37,134 bases of DNA, from the NCBI RefSeq assembly GCF_006345805.1, contig NW_021836811.1, forward strand, positions 1 through 37,134, read 5' to 3'. Below the pieces are notes generated by a model. It made no database searches, was not told the DNA's origin, and saw only the letters and a program-made list of their open reading frames with translations. Shown here one piece after another: positions 24,396 through 36,374 of this stretch. The DNA is from Octopus sinensis (Eukaryota). Numbering within the stretch: position 1 is the first letter of the stretch; each line of letters starts with the position of its first letter. Made by a program: the position numbers and the translations under genes.

Positions 24396-24505
24396 CAGAC
24401 ACACAACAAACACACCCACACACACACACACACACACACAACACACACCACACACACACACACACACACAACACATATATATATATATCTACATAATATA
24501 TATAT

Positions 24506-24537
<32 letters not shown>

Positions 24538-24643
24538 AAACTACATACATATATATACATATATATTTTTTAGTATAATTGTGTGTGTATATATATATAT
24601 ACATACAGGCATGTGTGTGTGCGTGTGTAGAAGACAGGAAAGA

Positions 24644-24745
24644 AGAGAGAAATAGAAAGCTTCTGACAACGCGGTAAGTTTCACAAAACTGCGTATAAAA
24701 GTTTTGCGAAACTTTCCAATTTGTCAGAAGCTTTCTATTCTCTCT
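24644..24745. repeat. About 100-nt imperfect hairpin
   Basis: Perfect 19-bp AATAGAAAGCTTCTGACAA/TTGTCAGAAGCTTTCTATT, then AAGTTTC-A-CAAAACT/AGTTTTG-C-GAAACTT around a 9-nt loop. Confidence 0.85.
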
Positions 24746-25064
24746 CTTTTTCCCCTCCTTCGATATTTCAATGCTTCAAGCGAACTACAACACTCATATA
24801 TATCAAAATAGTCATCTATTTATCTATCAGGTTTGGTGTGTAGAACAGTTACAGCAGAATTTGCCTTGAGATAACATATATATATATGTTTTCTCAAAAT
24901 TTGTCTTGAGATATATGTATATATTGCGGAGATGTACTTGCATAGCAAAGGATTTGATCTGAGATCGAGTGCTGAAACGAAAACAATTGCAGCGTGGAAG
25001 GTGTTTGTAAGCCATTTAAGAAACACACAAAAGCCGTTCGATTCACTTCAACATTTAAGTTTAA

Positions 25065-25114
25065 TTTGTCAAAATATTTTCGTCGCTAAAATCCGCGACC
25101 TGTTCACTGACAAA
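25065..25114 (-). ncRNA. Minimal type I HHR, G3:C8 core variant
   Basis: Minus strand TTTGTCA-GTGAACA-G-GTCGC(GGATTTTA)GCGAC-GAAA-ATAT-TT-TGACAAA. Confidence 0.7.
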
Positions 25115-25149
25115 AATCCGTGCTGCATCTCCGAGAGGCAGCACGGATT

Positions 25150-25200
25150 TTTGTCAGTGAGCAGGTCGCGGTCTTATAGCGACGAAAATATTTTGACAAA
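25150..25200 (+). ncRNA. Minimal type I HHR, G3:C8 core variant
   Basis: TTTGTCA-GTGAGCA-G-GTCGC(GGTCTTATA)GCGAC-GAAA-ATAT-TT-TGACAAA; palindromic AATATT stem III; H17=U at 25193. Confidence 0.7.
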
Positions 25201-25238
25201 TTATACTTAAATGGCTTACAAACACCTTCCACGCTGCA

Positions 25239-25276
<38 letters not shown>

Positions 25277-25279
<3 letters not shown>

Positions 25280-25440
25280 AGAGTTTGCGAGAAAACAAAA
25301 GTCGAAGACAGGTGGTGTACAAAACAAACAGATGTATTAGTATAACGGTCAGAAACAGAAAAAAGTATTTTACGTTTCGAGCCTACGCTCTTCTACAGAA
25401 AGGGACACAGAAAAAAACAAGGAGAGAAACAAGAAGAGAA
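25277..25440 (-). mobile_element. Penelope-like terminal repeat with HHR-like motif (25367-25402)
   Basis: Minus strand CTTT-CTGTAGA-A-GAGC(GTAG)GCTC-GAAA-CG-TA-AAAT; homologous to 14313 and 35437. Confidence 0.65.
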
Positions 25441-25486
25441 AAAGAATGTGTGTAGTGGCTAACAATCTATCATGATATCTATACAT

Positions 25487-25776
25487 ATGAGAGTGATGTC
25501 CACTATGTGGACAACCCTTATGCTGGAAGTAGATCCGCTATGGTCTTACCACTAAGAAATGTTATCAAGAAAACTTAGCAAACATCAGTACGTAAGCGTA
25601 ACTGATGATAGTGAAACATGTTTATGATTAATCCATATTTTTCTTACTTTTCATTTGTCTCGCTCGCTTACGTTCTGGTGTTTGCTAAATTTTTTTAGGA
25701 CATTTTGTAGAGGTTAGACCATATGGGGATCTCCTTCTAGCATAAGGCTTGTCCACATAGTGGTCATCCCTCTCAT
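25487..25776. repeat. About 290-bp imperfect fold-back
   Basis: ATGAGAG..CCACTATGTGGACAA.CCTTATGCT...TTAGCAAACATCAG.ACGTAAGCG is mirrored by CGCTTACGT.CTGGTGTTTGCTAA...AGCATAAGG.TTGTCCACATAGTGG..CTCTCAT. Confidence 0.85.
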
Positions 25777-25950
25777 TTGTATATAATACAATTTATTGAA
25801 CCTTCAGATTTTAATATGCTAGACCACTGGTTTTACATTGATGTTAATCAAATTAATATCCAACTTTTCACCCTCATTTTAAATTATATGTGTGTATGTG
25901 AGTGTGTACATATATATATATTAGATTTTGTTTTTATGTTTAGTTATAAC

Positions 25951-26153
25951 CTTTTCCACTCTAGGCAAAAGGCCCAAAATTTGGGTGGAGGGGGCAGTTG
26001 ATTAGATCGACCCCAGAACGCAACGTAATTTATCGATCCCGAAAGGATGAAAGGCAAAGTCAACCTCGGCGGAATTTGAATTCAGAACATAAGACAGATG
26101 AAATAACCCTTAGTATTTTGCTGTGCGTGCTAACTATTCTGCCAGCTCACGGC
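25951..26153 (-). mobile_element. SINE family A, alternative tail
   Basis: CTCTAGGCAAAAGGCCCAAAATTT...CGAAAGGATGAAAGGCAAAGTCAACCTCGGCGGAATTTGAA. Confidence 0.85.
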
Positions 26154-26257
26154 TTTTTCGTTTAATTATAATAAAAACATCTTGTACATTTATCTGAGGT
26201 CTTGCTCTATACTTTTGCATAGAGTATACATTTGGGTCTTGCTCTATATTTTTGTAT

Positions 26258-26557
26258 GTTTGTTCCTTCTCAAGCCATGCCTGGATCATAAGGGCCGGTT
26301 TCCCGGTTTCCTTAGCGTATAGGTTTCCCACCTGTACGGGAAGCCGGTCCTTTGCAGGTGAGCTGCAAGATGCAGAAGGATAGAGTGAGGGAAAGTTGTG
26401 GCGAAAGAGTCAGCAGAAATTCGCCATTATCTTCTGCCGGAGCCGCATGGAGCTTAGGTGTTTCGCTCATAAACACACACATTGTACGGTCTGAGATTCG
26501 AACCCGCGATCCCTCGACTGCGAGGCAGCTGCTCTAACCACTAGGCCATGTGTCTCC
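26258..26557 (-). mobile_element. SINE family C
   Basis: Reverse complement of the 3478 and 18932 copies. Confidence 0.9.
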
Positions 26558-26702
26558 ACATACTTTTGTATAGCGTATGCAAAAGTATAGATCAAGCTGA
26601 TGGCTTGCTCTATACTTTTGTAGAGTACAAATCTATGCTTAAACAAGAATATTGTTGACACTGACTTCGAAGTGTCTGCTAGGTAAACCATCACCCACAG
26701 TC

Positions 26703-26932
26703 AGGCGGCGAGCTGGCAGAATCGTTAGCACGCCGGGCGAAATGCCAAGCGGTATTTCGTCTGCCGCTGCGTTCTGAGTTCAAATTCCGCCGAGGTCGAC
26801 TTTGCCTTTCATCGTTTCGGGGTCGATAAATTAAGTACCAGTTACGCACTGGGGTCGATGTAATCGACTTAATGCCTATGTCTGTCCTTGTTTGTCACCT
26901 CTATGTTTAGCCCCTTGTGGGTAATGAAAAAA
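26703..26932 (+). mobile_element. SINE family A, full length
   Basis: Near-identical to 9724-9951. Confidence 0.9.
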
Positions 26933-27248
26933 CAGGTAGATTAGAATAATTGTTAGAGTGTCGGAAAAAATAGAGAGATATCACAGTGTTCCTCCTACTT
27001 TTGAGTTCAAACACCACCAAGGTCAGCTTCAGTTTAAATCCATTCGGGTCGATAAAATAATATGCCAATCAAAAACTGAGGCCGATGGTAAATAATAGAT
27101 GATGCTTAATCTTTCTCTGCTATACAAACCATTGTTGAAGATGTGTGTATGTTTATATAAATCTATGTGTATATGTGTGTGTGTGTGTGTGCATGTATAT
27201 ATATATATACACACACGTGTGTATGGAGGCAATATATACGTACATACA

Positions 27249-27300
<52 letters not shown>

Positions 27301-27422
27301 TACACATATATGTATGTGATATGTATAGATATACGTATATATATATGTGCGTGTGTGTGGGTGTGTATATATATATATATGGGCGTGTGTGTGTGTATGT
27401 ATTATGCTTGTATATTTTCTAA

Positions 27423-27461
<39 letters not shown>

Positions 27462-27467
27462 TATATG

Positions 27468-27498
<31 letters not shown>

Positions 27499-28377
27499 TA
27501 TATATATATATACACGTAATATAATATATATATGTGTGTGTGTGTGTGTGGTGTGTGATCCCACTGTGTGTTTCGGCAATAGATGTAACCGCCGATAACA
27601 ACAAAATCGTTTAAAAAAATAAAATCTGTGTTCTTCCAAAGGAATCCTCTGTGATATTTTCCCTACAGCGAGTTACAGATACTCCCTTGTCGGTCTAATC
27701 GTTGGGAATGAAGTGAACCAGTGGCTGGTGCTTTTGGAAACCTGTAACCAACGACGCTATCTTTCACCAATTGCTAATGTTTAACCAAAAATACAAAACA
27801 AAAAACAAAAAGCATAAATAATAAATGATTATAATAAAATATATATGCACAAAATGAAATGACAGGAAGCAGGTGGTTATTTCGAATGATTCCTGCCCAG
27901 CAGGAAACTCGGATATTTCTACAAATGGTAGTCAGGTTACTGGTACGAAAACATCTGGGAAACCGGTGACAGACGAGGAACATAAATGCATTAATAAAGA
28001 CGTTTTGTGTTCGAGTGTGTTTAGGTTTGCGTGCGTACCGCTATGCGTAAGTGCGCTCGTGTACGCGCGTGTGTATGTATACGCGTTGTGTGTGTAATCT
28101 GTTTGTGTCTGAATGTGAAATATGCACACGCTTACACTTTCATTTGTTATTTATTATTGTTGTCTCATTTTTCATATTTTTTTTTTTTGTTTATCGGTTT
28201 CTTCATTTATTTATTAATTTTTTTCTATTTGAACGACAGAAAAAAAATGAAAGTAATCCGTGTACAGAATAATTATAGCCTGATGAAACGCGTCTACGTC
28301 ACAGGTATAAGTATGCGTGTGTGCATACGTATGAGCGTGCATGAACATACACGCATGCATATGCATGCACACACACA

Positions 28378-28423
<46 letters not shown>

Positions 28424-28626
28424 AACATTTATGTGTGGGGTTGATGTATATATGTATATATATATTGTTCTCTCACCCACCTCAGTTTTTGGTTTTTGTG
28501 TCACTGTGAAACATATATATGTGTGTGTGTATGTGCATGGTGTATATATATATATATATATATATACGTGTATGTGTGTGTGTGCCTGCACGTATATACA
28601 TTTGTATACACAGCATAGCATACGCC

Positions 28627-28659
<33 letters not shown>

Positions 28660-28786
28660 ATATATATAATATATTATATATATATATATATATAGATATA
28701 TATATAGCATATTATCTATATATATACATCTCTATGTACGCACACATAGAGGAATATCTATGTATGTATATGCGTATGTGAGCGTA

Positions 28787-28820
<34 letters not shown>

Positions 28821-29198
28821 TGTGTGTGTACGCGTGTGTATGCAATATAAATTCATAAACATAGTGCAATAGATGCATATGTATAGTTTTCATATCTCAG
28901 AAATATAATACACACACACACACACATACACACACACACACATACACACACACACACACACATACACACACACACCACACACACACACACACACACGTTA
29001 CACATACCTACGGCATGCGCATGATCATTTTGTTGATAAAGAGAGAGAAAAAAATGCTCCTAACCGAACAAGAAAATGTTATATTAATTATCATTATCTA
29101 ATTATCGCTTTTAATGATAAGAATAATAGTACTGCCGATCTTCTTAGCTTCTGTTTCATGTTTCATTGCCATTCATTATAACTTTTTTTTTCTGCGCC

Positions 29199-29652
29199 AA
29201 GGCGGTGTGCTGGCTCAGTTGTTAACGCGTCGGAAACAAAAAAGTTACTTCGAAGCAATATTTTGATTTTTACCAACTTATCGCTCTGCGTTCGAATCCT
29301 CATTAAAGTTAATTTTGTCTTTCATCTTTTCAGGCTCGATAAGATAAGATTACATGCTATTGAAGCACTGGGGGTCGATATAATCGACAGACACCTTTCT
29401 CCTTAAAAGTACTGGCATTGTGTCAAAAAGGAAAGCAATATTGGTTTCAAATTTTGGCACAAGGCCTGCAGTTGGGTAGGGGTGGGGTAGGCAAAGTGGT
29501 ATTAAGTCGATTACATTGACACCAGTACGCAACTGGTACCTATTTTATCGATCTCCCGAAAGATTGAGAGACAATGTCGACCTCGGCGAAATTTGAACTC
29601 AGAATGCAAAGGCAGACAAAATGCCGCTAAGCGTTTTGTCTGTGCGTTAAAA
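29199..29652. mobile_element. Tail-to-tail pair of degenerate SINE family A copies (plus 29199-29440, minus 29441-29652)
   Basis: GGCGGTGTGCTGGC...GGGGGTCGATATAATCGAC on plus, followed by GGTTTCAAATTTTGGCACAAGGCC...GTCGACCTCGGCGAAATTTGAACTCAGAA on minus. Confidence 0.75.
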
Positions 29653-29675
29653 ACATTATAATTAGTAGTAGCATT

Positions 29676-30070
29676 AAGGCGGCGAGCTGGCAGAAACGTT
29701 AGCACGCCGGGCGAAATGCATAGCAGTATTTCGTCTGCCGTTACATTCTGAGTTCAAATTCCGCCGAGGTCGACTTCGCCTTTCATCCTTTTGGGGTCGA
29801 TTAAATAAGTACCAGTTACACACTGGGTTGATATAATCAACTTAATCCATTTGTATGTCCTTGTTTGGTCCCTCTGTGTTTAGCCCCTTGTGGGTAGTAA
29901 AGAAATAGGTATTTCGTCTGCTGTTATGTTCTGAGTTCAAATTCCGCCTAGGTTGACTTTGCCTTTCGGGGTCGATAAATTAAGTACCATTTATGCACTG
30001 GGGTCGATGTAATAGACTTAATCCCTTTGTCTGTCCTTGTTTGTCCCCTCTACGTTTAGCAATAAAGAAA
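29676..30070 (+). mobile_element. SINE family A followed by a head-truncated tandem second unit
   Basis: The full unit 29676-29906 is joined directly to GGTATTTCGTCTG...GTTCAAATTCCGCC...CCTCTACGTTTAGC. Confidence 0.88.
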
Positions 30071-30107
30071 TAAGAAACGTAAGCACGCCGGACAAAGTGT
30101 TAAGAGT

Positions 30108-30422
30108 TTTGTCGAATAAATCGACCCCAGTACTTATTCTAAGTCTGGTATTTATTCTATCGGTCTGTTTCGCCAAACCGCTACGCTATGAGATTATACA
30201 AAATCAGTTCTGGTCTTCCAGGGCGGTGGGAGGAGGAGCAACTACATACACATCCATATATACGATTGCTTCTTTCAGTTTCTGTCTACCAAATCCACTC
30301 ACAAGGCTTTGGTCGGACCGAGGCTATAGTAGAAGACACTCGCCCAAGTTGTCACGCAGTGGCACTGAACCTGAAACCATGTTGTTGGCAAGCAAGCAAC
30401 TTACCACACAGCCACTCCTTCG

Positions 30423-30425
<3 letters not shown>
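30108..30425 (-). mobile_element. SINE family B
   Basis: Reverse complement of the 20561 copy, with head GGCGAAGGAGTGGCTGTGTGGTAAG. Confidence 0.85.
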
Positions 30426-30459
<34 letters not shown>

Positions 30460-30464
<5 letters not shown>

Positions 30465-30640
30465 ATGGACATATCATCAGCCACTAAGGGACATGCTCAA
30501 CTGGTTAAGGTCAAACAACTGACAAGCAAATCTGTGGTATTGAGCAGAATATTTGCTGTCACCCATCTTTTATACCAAGACAAAACAAAGTACGTGATAA
30601 CACTTCCAATCAGTTCAGATCAGAAGCCATGAGAGCCAGG
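30460..30640. repeat. Probable interspersed repeat of another family
   Basis: GTTAAGGTCAAACAACTGACAAGCAAATCTGTGGTATTGAGCAGAATATTTGCTG looks familiar as a cephalopod repeat; single copy here, so weakly supported. Confidence 0.35.
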
Positions 30641-30642
30641 GC

Positions 30643-30643
30643 A

Positions 30644-30704
<61 letters not shown>

Positions 30705-30724
30705 CATCATCATCATCATCATCA

Positions 30725-30765
<41 letters not shown>
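30643..30765. repeat. (CAT)n(TAT)n microsatellite
   Basis: Directly visible. Confidence 0.95.
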
Positions 30766-30768
<3 letters not shown>

Positions 30769-30939
30769 CGACGAGCTGGCAGAGTCGTTAACACGCAGGA
30801 TCAAAGACTCGTAGCATTGAGTCTGTTTCAACATTCTAGGTTCAGATTCCACCGAGGACGTCTTTGCCTTTTAACGGCGGTGCATCAGCATGGCCGCAGC
30901 TATGAGCTGAAACTACAGCAACAACAAACAAAAAATACA

Positions 30940-31165
30940 ATTATTATTATTATCATTATTATATTATTATATGATTATTATTATTAGATTGTTATCATTA
31001 TTATTATTTATCATTATTATTAATATTAGATTATTATTATTATAAGTATATTAGTATTATTATTATATTATTATTATACTATATTATATTATTATATATT
31101 ATTATTAATATTATCATATATTATTGTTGTTGTGTTATTATTATTATCATATTATTATTATCATT

Positions 31166-31209
<44 letters not shown>

Positions 31210-31449
31210 TTATCATTATTATTATTATTATCATTATTTTATTATGTTATCATTATCTTTTATTATTATCATCATTATTATCATTATTATTATTATTATC
31301 ATTATCATTCATCATTTCATTATCATTATATTATTATTATTATTTATTATATCATTATCATTATTATTATTATCATTATTTTTATATTATTATCATTATC
31401 TTTATTATATCATCATATTATCATATTATTATTATTATCATTATCATCA

Positions 31450-31495
<46 letters not shown>

Positions 31496-31589
31496 TATTA
31501 TTATTATCATTATTTTTATTACTATTATCATTATCTTTATTATTATCATCATTATTATCATTATTATTATTATTATCATTATCATCATC

Positions 31590-31645
<56 letters not shown>

Positions 31646-31697
31646 CATTATTTTTATTATTATTATCATTATCTTTATTATTATCATCATTATTATC

Positions 31698-31770
<73 letters not shown>
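30940..31770. repeat. ATT/ATC microsatellite field with an approximately 138-bp higher-order repeat
   Basis: TCATTATTTT(T)...TTATCATTATCTTTATTA...CATC recurs at 31231, 31373, 31507 and 31645. Confidence 0.85.
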
Positions 31771-31773
<3 letters not shown>

Positions 31774-32510
31774 GCATCGTTGTTGGTTTTTTTTTTGGTT
31801 GGTTTTTTGGTTGGTTTTAGGTACGGTACAGCTGTGTAACTAACGTACCCCTCTCTCAATAGGATTTTCTGGTTGGGCTTGAACACAAACACTGTTTATT
31901 ACTGCTCTGCACTTCCACCTGCTCCTTCTGCTCCTCTCCTCCTCCGCATCCTTCCCTTTTCCAGTTCATCTTTCCATTGTTGATACATCTACTAACCACT
32001 GTTTCTGCTCTTCTTAACGTTGTTATGTTTGTTCTTCCTTGTGGTTTTGTTGTAGTCTTGTTCTTAAGTTAAAGTTATTACAATTGTGGTTGTTGTTATT
32101 ATTAGTATCATCATTGTTGTTGCTGTTGCTGTTGTTGTTTTTGGTGCTCTTGTCGTCCTCCTCCTCTTCCTCCTCTTCCTCCTCTCATGAGTATGGTTTT
32201 CGTCGTGATTATTAGAAAAAGAAAGTTGAAAATTTTGTTTTTTTCTTTTCCACCCAAGGCTTACTGCTATTTCAATCTCGTGGGATCATTCACTGTCAAT
32301 GGTGGGAAGGACGGGGATGGAGGTGGGGTGGCTTTAAAATGTTTCCAAATTCACTTTTCGTTCCTTCCCAAAAACTTTTCTTCAATTTTCTTTAATTCTT
32401 TATTTTTATTTCTCGTTATTTCTTTTTAACGTAGCAAATCCGGCGAACTTAACAATATAGCATGAATCTACTATAATACTATATATATATATATATATAT
32501 AATATATATA

Positions 32511-32542
<32 letters not shown>

Positions 32543-32599
32543 GTATGTATGTATATACATATATATATGTATATATATACTATATATAATATATATATA

Positions 32600-32639
<40 letters not shown>

Positions 32640-34144
32640 ATATATTATGGATGTATATGTGAATAATATATATATACACATATATGTATGTATATGTTTA
32701 TATATGTATATATATATATATGCACATATACGCACACACACACACATATATATATGTATATATATATACATATATACGCATAAACACACATATATACGTA
32801 CATATATATACATACACACATGCAAAAATAAATATATATACACATATACATACCTGTGTGTGTATACGTGTTTGTGTTTGTGTATGCTTAGACATACACA
32901 AACATAATTTACATAACGATGTTAATACATATATATGTGTCTACTTACACATACATGTACATACATACATATATATGTGTGTCTGTGTGTGTTTGTTTGT
33001 ATACTTTTGTGTATGCGTGTGTATATTTATATGTGTGAGTTTGTTTGTGTGTGTGTGTGTGTGTGTTTGTTTGTACACGTTTGTGTATATATTTGTACAC
33101 GTTTGCGTATATATTTATATGTGTGCGTTTGTTTGTGTGTGTGTGTTTGTTTGTACACGTTTGTGTATGTGTATATATAGTTATATGTGTGTGTTTGTTT
33201 GTGTGTGTGTGTGAGTGTGTGTGTGTGTGAGTGTGTGTGTGTGTGTGCATGCGTTCATGTATGGATACAATGTTTTTAGTCGAGTGTATATTGTCAGTTC
33301 TATATCGAGTTGGTTGTCACTTCACAGTAAACAAAACCGAAAGTGTGAAAGTGTCAGCGGGGGAGAGAGAGAGAGAGAGAGAGAGAGAAGAGAGACAAAT
33401 AGCGAGAGAGAGAGAGAGGGGAGAAAGAATACGAGATAAAGAGAGAGAGAAGAGAAGACAACGAGAGACACAAATAGAGAGAAATGATGTAAGGGAGAGA
33501 TAGAGAGAGGGGGAGAGAAAGTGAGAGAAATACAGTAAGAGCTTGAGAGAGAGGGAGTATAGAGACACATTGTGTGATGAAGAAAGCCCGAAGTCTATTT
33601 CACGCAGATTTTGAGTCGCCAGCTGGGCCCTACTAACACAGGAGAACTTAGGAAACTTGTTTCGCTATTATTGTTGGCTTGTTTTGTTTTTTGTTTTTTT
33701 TTTGGTTATTTTTGTTATTTGTATGTTGTTGTCGTTTTTTTCTTCACAACTTCAATACTGTGTGACGTTTTCGAAAAAGACAAAAAAAAAAGGAAAACAA
33801 ACAAACAAAGAAGAGATGCAAAAACAGCTTCCCACACCACCATTTGCAACAACCATGTTTGTTTTTGTTTTTTTGTGCTGTATTTTTGTTTTATTTTTCG
33901 TAACTTTGCTATATATGTATACATATATATATATAAGTGTTTGTCTTTGTATGTATGTGTTGTATATATATATATATATTACTATATTATATATATATAT
34001 ATATATATGTCATATATATATATATACCTTATATTTAGAATGTATGTATATATATATGTATACATATATAATATATATATATATATAATATGTGTGTGTG
34101 GTGTGTGTGTGTGTGTTATATATATAAATACTACATTTATACAT

Positions 34145-34245
<101 letters not shown>

Positions 34246-34299
34246 TGTATGTATGTATATATTCTACACTAAAGTTACTGCAGATTATCAGAACGAGCA

Positions 34300-34615
34300 T
34301 TTTGTTACACTATTATCATTATTCTGATCATCATCCATCCTCATCATCATCAGCCTCATCACCACCAACATCATCATCATCATCAATAGTAGTGGCTGCA
34401 GCATCCGTAATCTTCGTGGTCGTCATCCATTATCATCATCATTAACACCACCACTACCGCCATCATCATCATCATCACCATCACCATCACCATCATCAAC
34501 ATCATCAACATCATCATCATTTTCACCATCGCCATCTTCATCATCCTTTCATCATCATCACCATCGACGTCGTCATCACCATCATCATCACTATCGTCAC
34601 CGTCGTCATCATATT
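34300..34615. repeat. Degenerate (CAT/CAC)n microsatellite
   Basis: Directly visible. Confidence 0.9.
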
Positions 34616-34828
34616 CAATATGAAGAATACTCGAGAAAATAAAACTTTCCAGTAAATATCTCCTTTTTTAAAATTTCTGTTTCTTTTTGGCGGCGGTGGT
34701 GCTGGTAGTGGTGGTGATGTGCATGGTAAAGTTTTGAATTTTATTTTCTTTGTATTTTTTTCTTTTATTATGGTTACGCTGTCACAAGAGATTTTGATAT
34801 TCTGTCCATATGTGATTTTGTGTGTGTG

Positions 34829-34881
<53 letters not shown>

Positions 34882-34908
34882 AGAGAGGTATTTTTTAACA
34901 AGTCTTAC

Positions 34909-35040
34909 TTGAGATATTGGTTTTGCGATCAGATGCTTTGAGTTTCGAACTCGCTACACGGCTCAATGGGCAAGTTGTTTTATCACTTATAGTCTTCCTG
35001 TAACGAATCGAAGGATTGACAGGGTAATTTAGCTCTGTGA
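34909..35040 (-). other. Possible isolated internal coding exon (132 nt, phase 1-1)
   Basis: Acceptor CCCTTTCCAGTTTCCAG and donor CAA|GTAAGA enclose an open frame (V)TELNYPVNPSIRYRKTISDKTTCPLSRVASSKLKASDRKTNIS; no recognisable homology. Confidence 0.2.
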
Positions 35041-35345
35041 CTGGAAACTGGAAAGGGCGGGTTAAAACCGTGCAGAGACCCATTGTTTTATGTGGTAAAA
35101 ATAAAGTAATGACAATAATAACAGTTTTACGTAAAGTTCAAAGGTTTTTAGACGTCGTGGTGTATTGCAAGAATTTCTCATCAAGAGTAGAGTCCACGGT
35201 GATCCGTAGGTAGGAGAGGTGCAGCCGGAGGGTGAATGCCCAAACGAGAATCCGTAAAGGGTAGATAGAATGTCCAGTGAAGAAGTTCGTGCGTGGTAAG
35301 TAATGACAGGAAAGACATGTACGTCCACGTGAGCGTGTGATATAT

Positions 35346-35520
35346 AGAGAGAGTTTCCGAAAAAAGCAAAAGACGAAGACAGGTGGTTTACAAAACAAAC
35401 AGATGTATTAGTATAACGCTCAGGAATAGAAAAAGTATTTTACGTTTCGATCCTACGCTCTTCTACAGAAAGGGACACAGAAAAAACAAGGAGAGAAACA
35501 AAGAAAGAAAAAAAGGAGAG
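35346..35520 (-). mobile_element. Penelope-like terminal repeat with HHR-like motif (35437-35472)
   Basis: Near-identical to 25277-25440; stem II has one mismatch (GAGC/GATC). Confidence 0.65.
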
Positions 35521-35702
35521 AAAAAAAGAAAGAAACAAATGGATGTGTTATGAAACTATTCCACACGTAAAATAACAGCCATACAAACAATCCAACACAC
35601 CTCCATCATCAGCTGCCCCACGGATATCACTATGGTTTCGACACCTGGGCAGAACCATTCAGTCCGGTGGTATACATTTATGTATGTATGTGTGTGTATG
35701 TG

Positions 35703-35734
<32 letters not shown>

Positions 35735-35735
<1 letters not shown>

Positions 35736-35935
35736 TTGTGTGTTTGTACCCCTACCATCCCTTTGCAAACGGTGTTGGTGCGTTTACGTCCCTGTAACTT
35801 AGCGGTTCGGCAAAAAAACGATAGAATAAGTACTAGGTTTACAAAGAATAAATTCTGAGGACGATTCGTTAGACTAAAGGTGGTGTTCCAGCATGGCCGC
35901 GGTCAAATGACTGAAACAAATAAAAGTGTAAAAGA
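35735..35935 (+). mobile_element. SINE family B, 3' half
   Basis: GTTTACGTCCCTGTAACTTAGCGGTTCGGCAAAA...GATAGAATAAGTACTAGG...CAAATGACTGAAACAAATAAAAG. Confidence 0.88.
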
Positions 35936-36374
35936 ATGATTACAGAATTTTCCTCCCTTAGAATTTTCTCCCTTATATCATGATATAAATGATATAAATA
36001 ATAAGAATAAGAACACATTGCTTCGGCAACGCTAAATGCAGAATACTTATTATGGTAAAGTTGGATAAATAATGAAGTAAGGAAGATAGCAATTTTTACA
36101 AAATGGATTTTAATGATGAAGTCAACCAGCAGAGACACAAAACCCGGCAAATGAATTCTGATAATTCGATATTAATGACGAAAAGAAAAACAGAAGCAAA
36201 AACAAAATAACACGAATTAAAAAGTAATTGCAGTTGGGAGAAACAGGAATTATGATACAGAAACGATCATTGGAGACCAAAAAACAGCCAACGAAGTTTC
36301 GCAGGAAAATCGATATACATCATAAACCCATACTTAGCAAATTAATATTTAAAGATTGGTCAACTAAAATGACA

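Larger units (their letters stand above)
24988..25238. mobile_element. Fold-back element carrying two divergent HHR motifs
   Basis: Perfect 33-bp terminal IR TGCAGCGTGGAAGGTGTTTGTAAGCCATTTAAG (24988-25020 / 25206-25238); inner arms 25052-25126 and 25138-25213. Confidence 0.85.

Noticed and set aside
27660-27990. Unique-looking sequence with splice-like acceptors on both strands
   Set aside because: Frames close quickly or lack donors, the strand is ambiguous, and no homology is recognised.
28280-28294. CTGATGAAACGCGTC, resembling a hammerhead with stem II deleted
   Set aside because: The core and GAAA overlap, and there is no stem II or convincing stem I; at most a collapsed remnant.
31835-31875. 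Minus-strand PNQKILLREG, reminiscent of a PH-domain start
   Set aside because: Ten residues only, weak splice signals and no partner exons found.
35150-35200. Minus-strand CTTGATGAGAAATTCTTGCAA next to a PLE-like repeat
   Set aside because: No GAAA, stem II or stem III; too degenerate to call an HHR.
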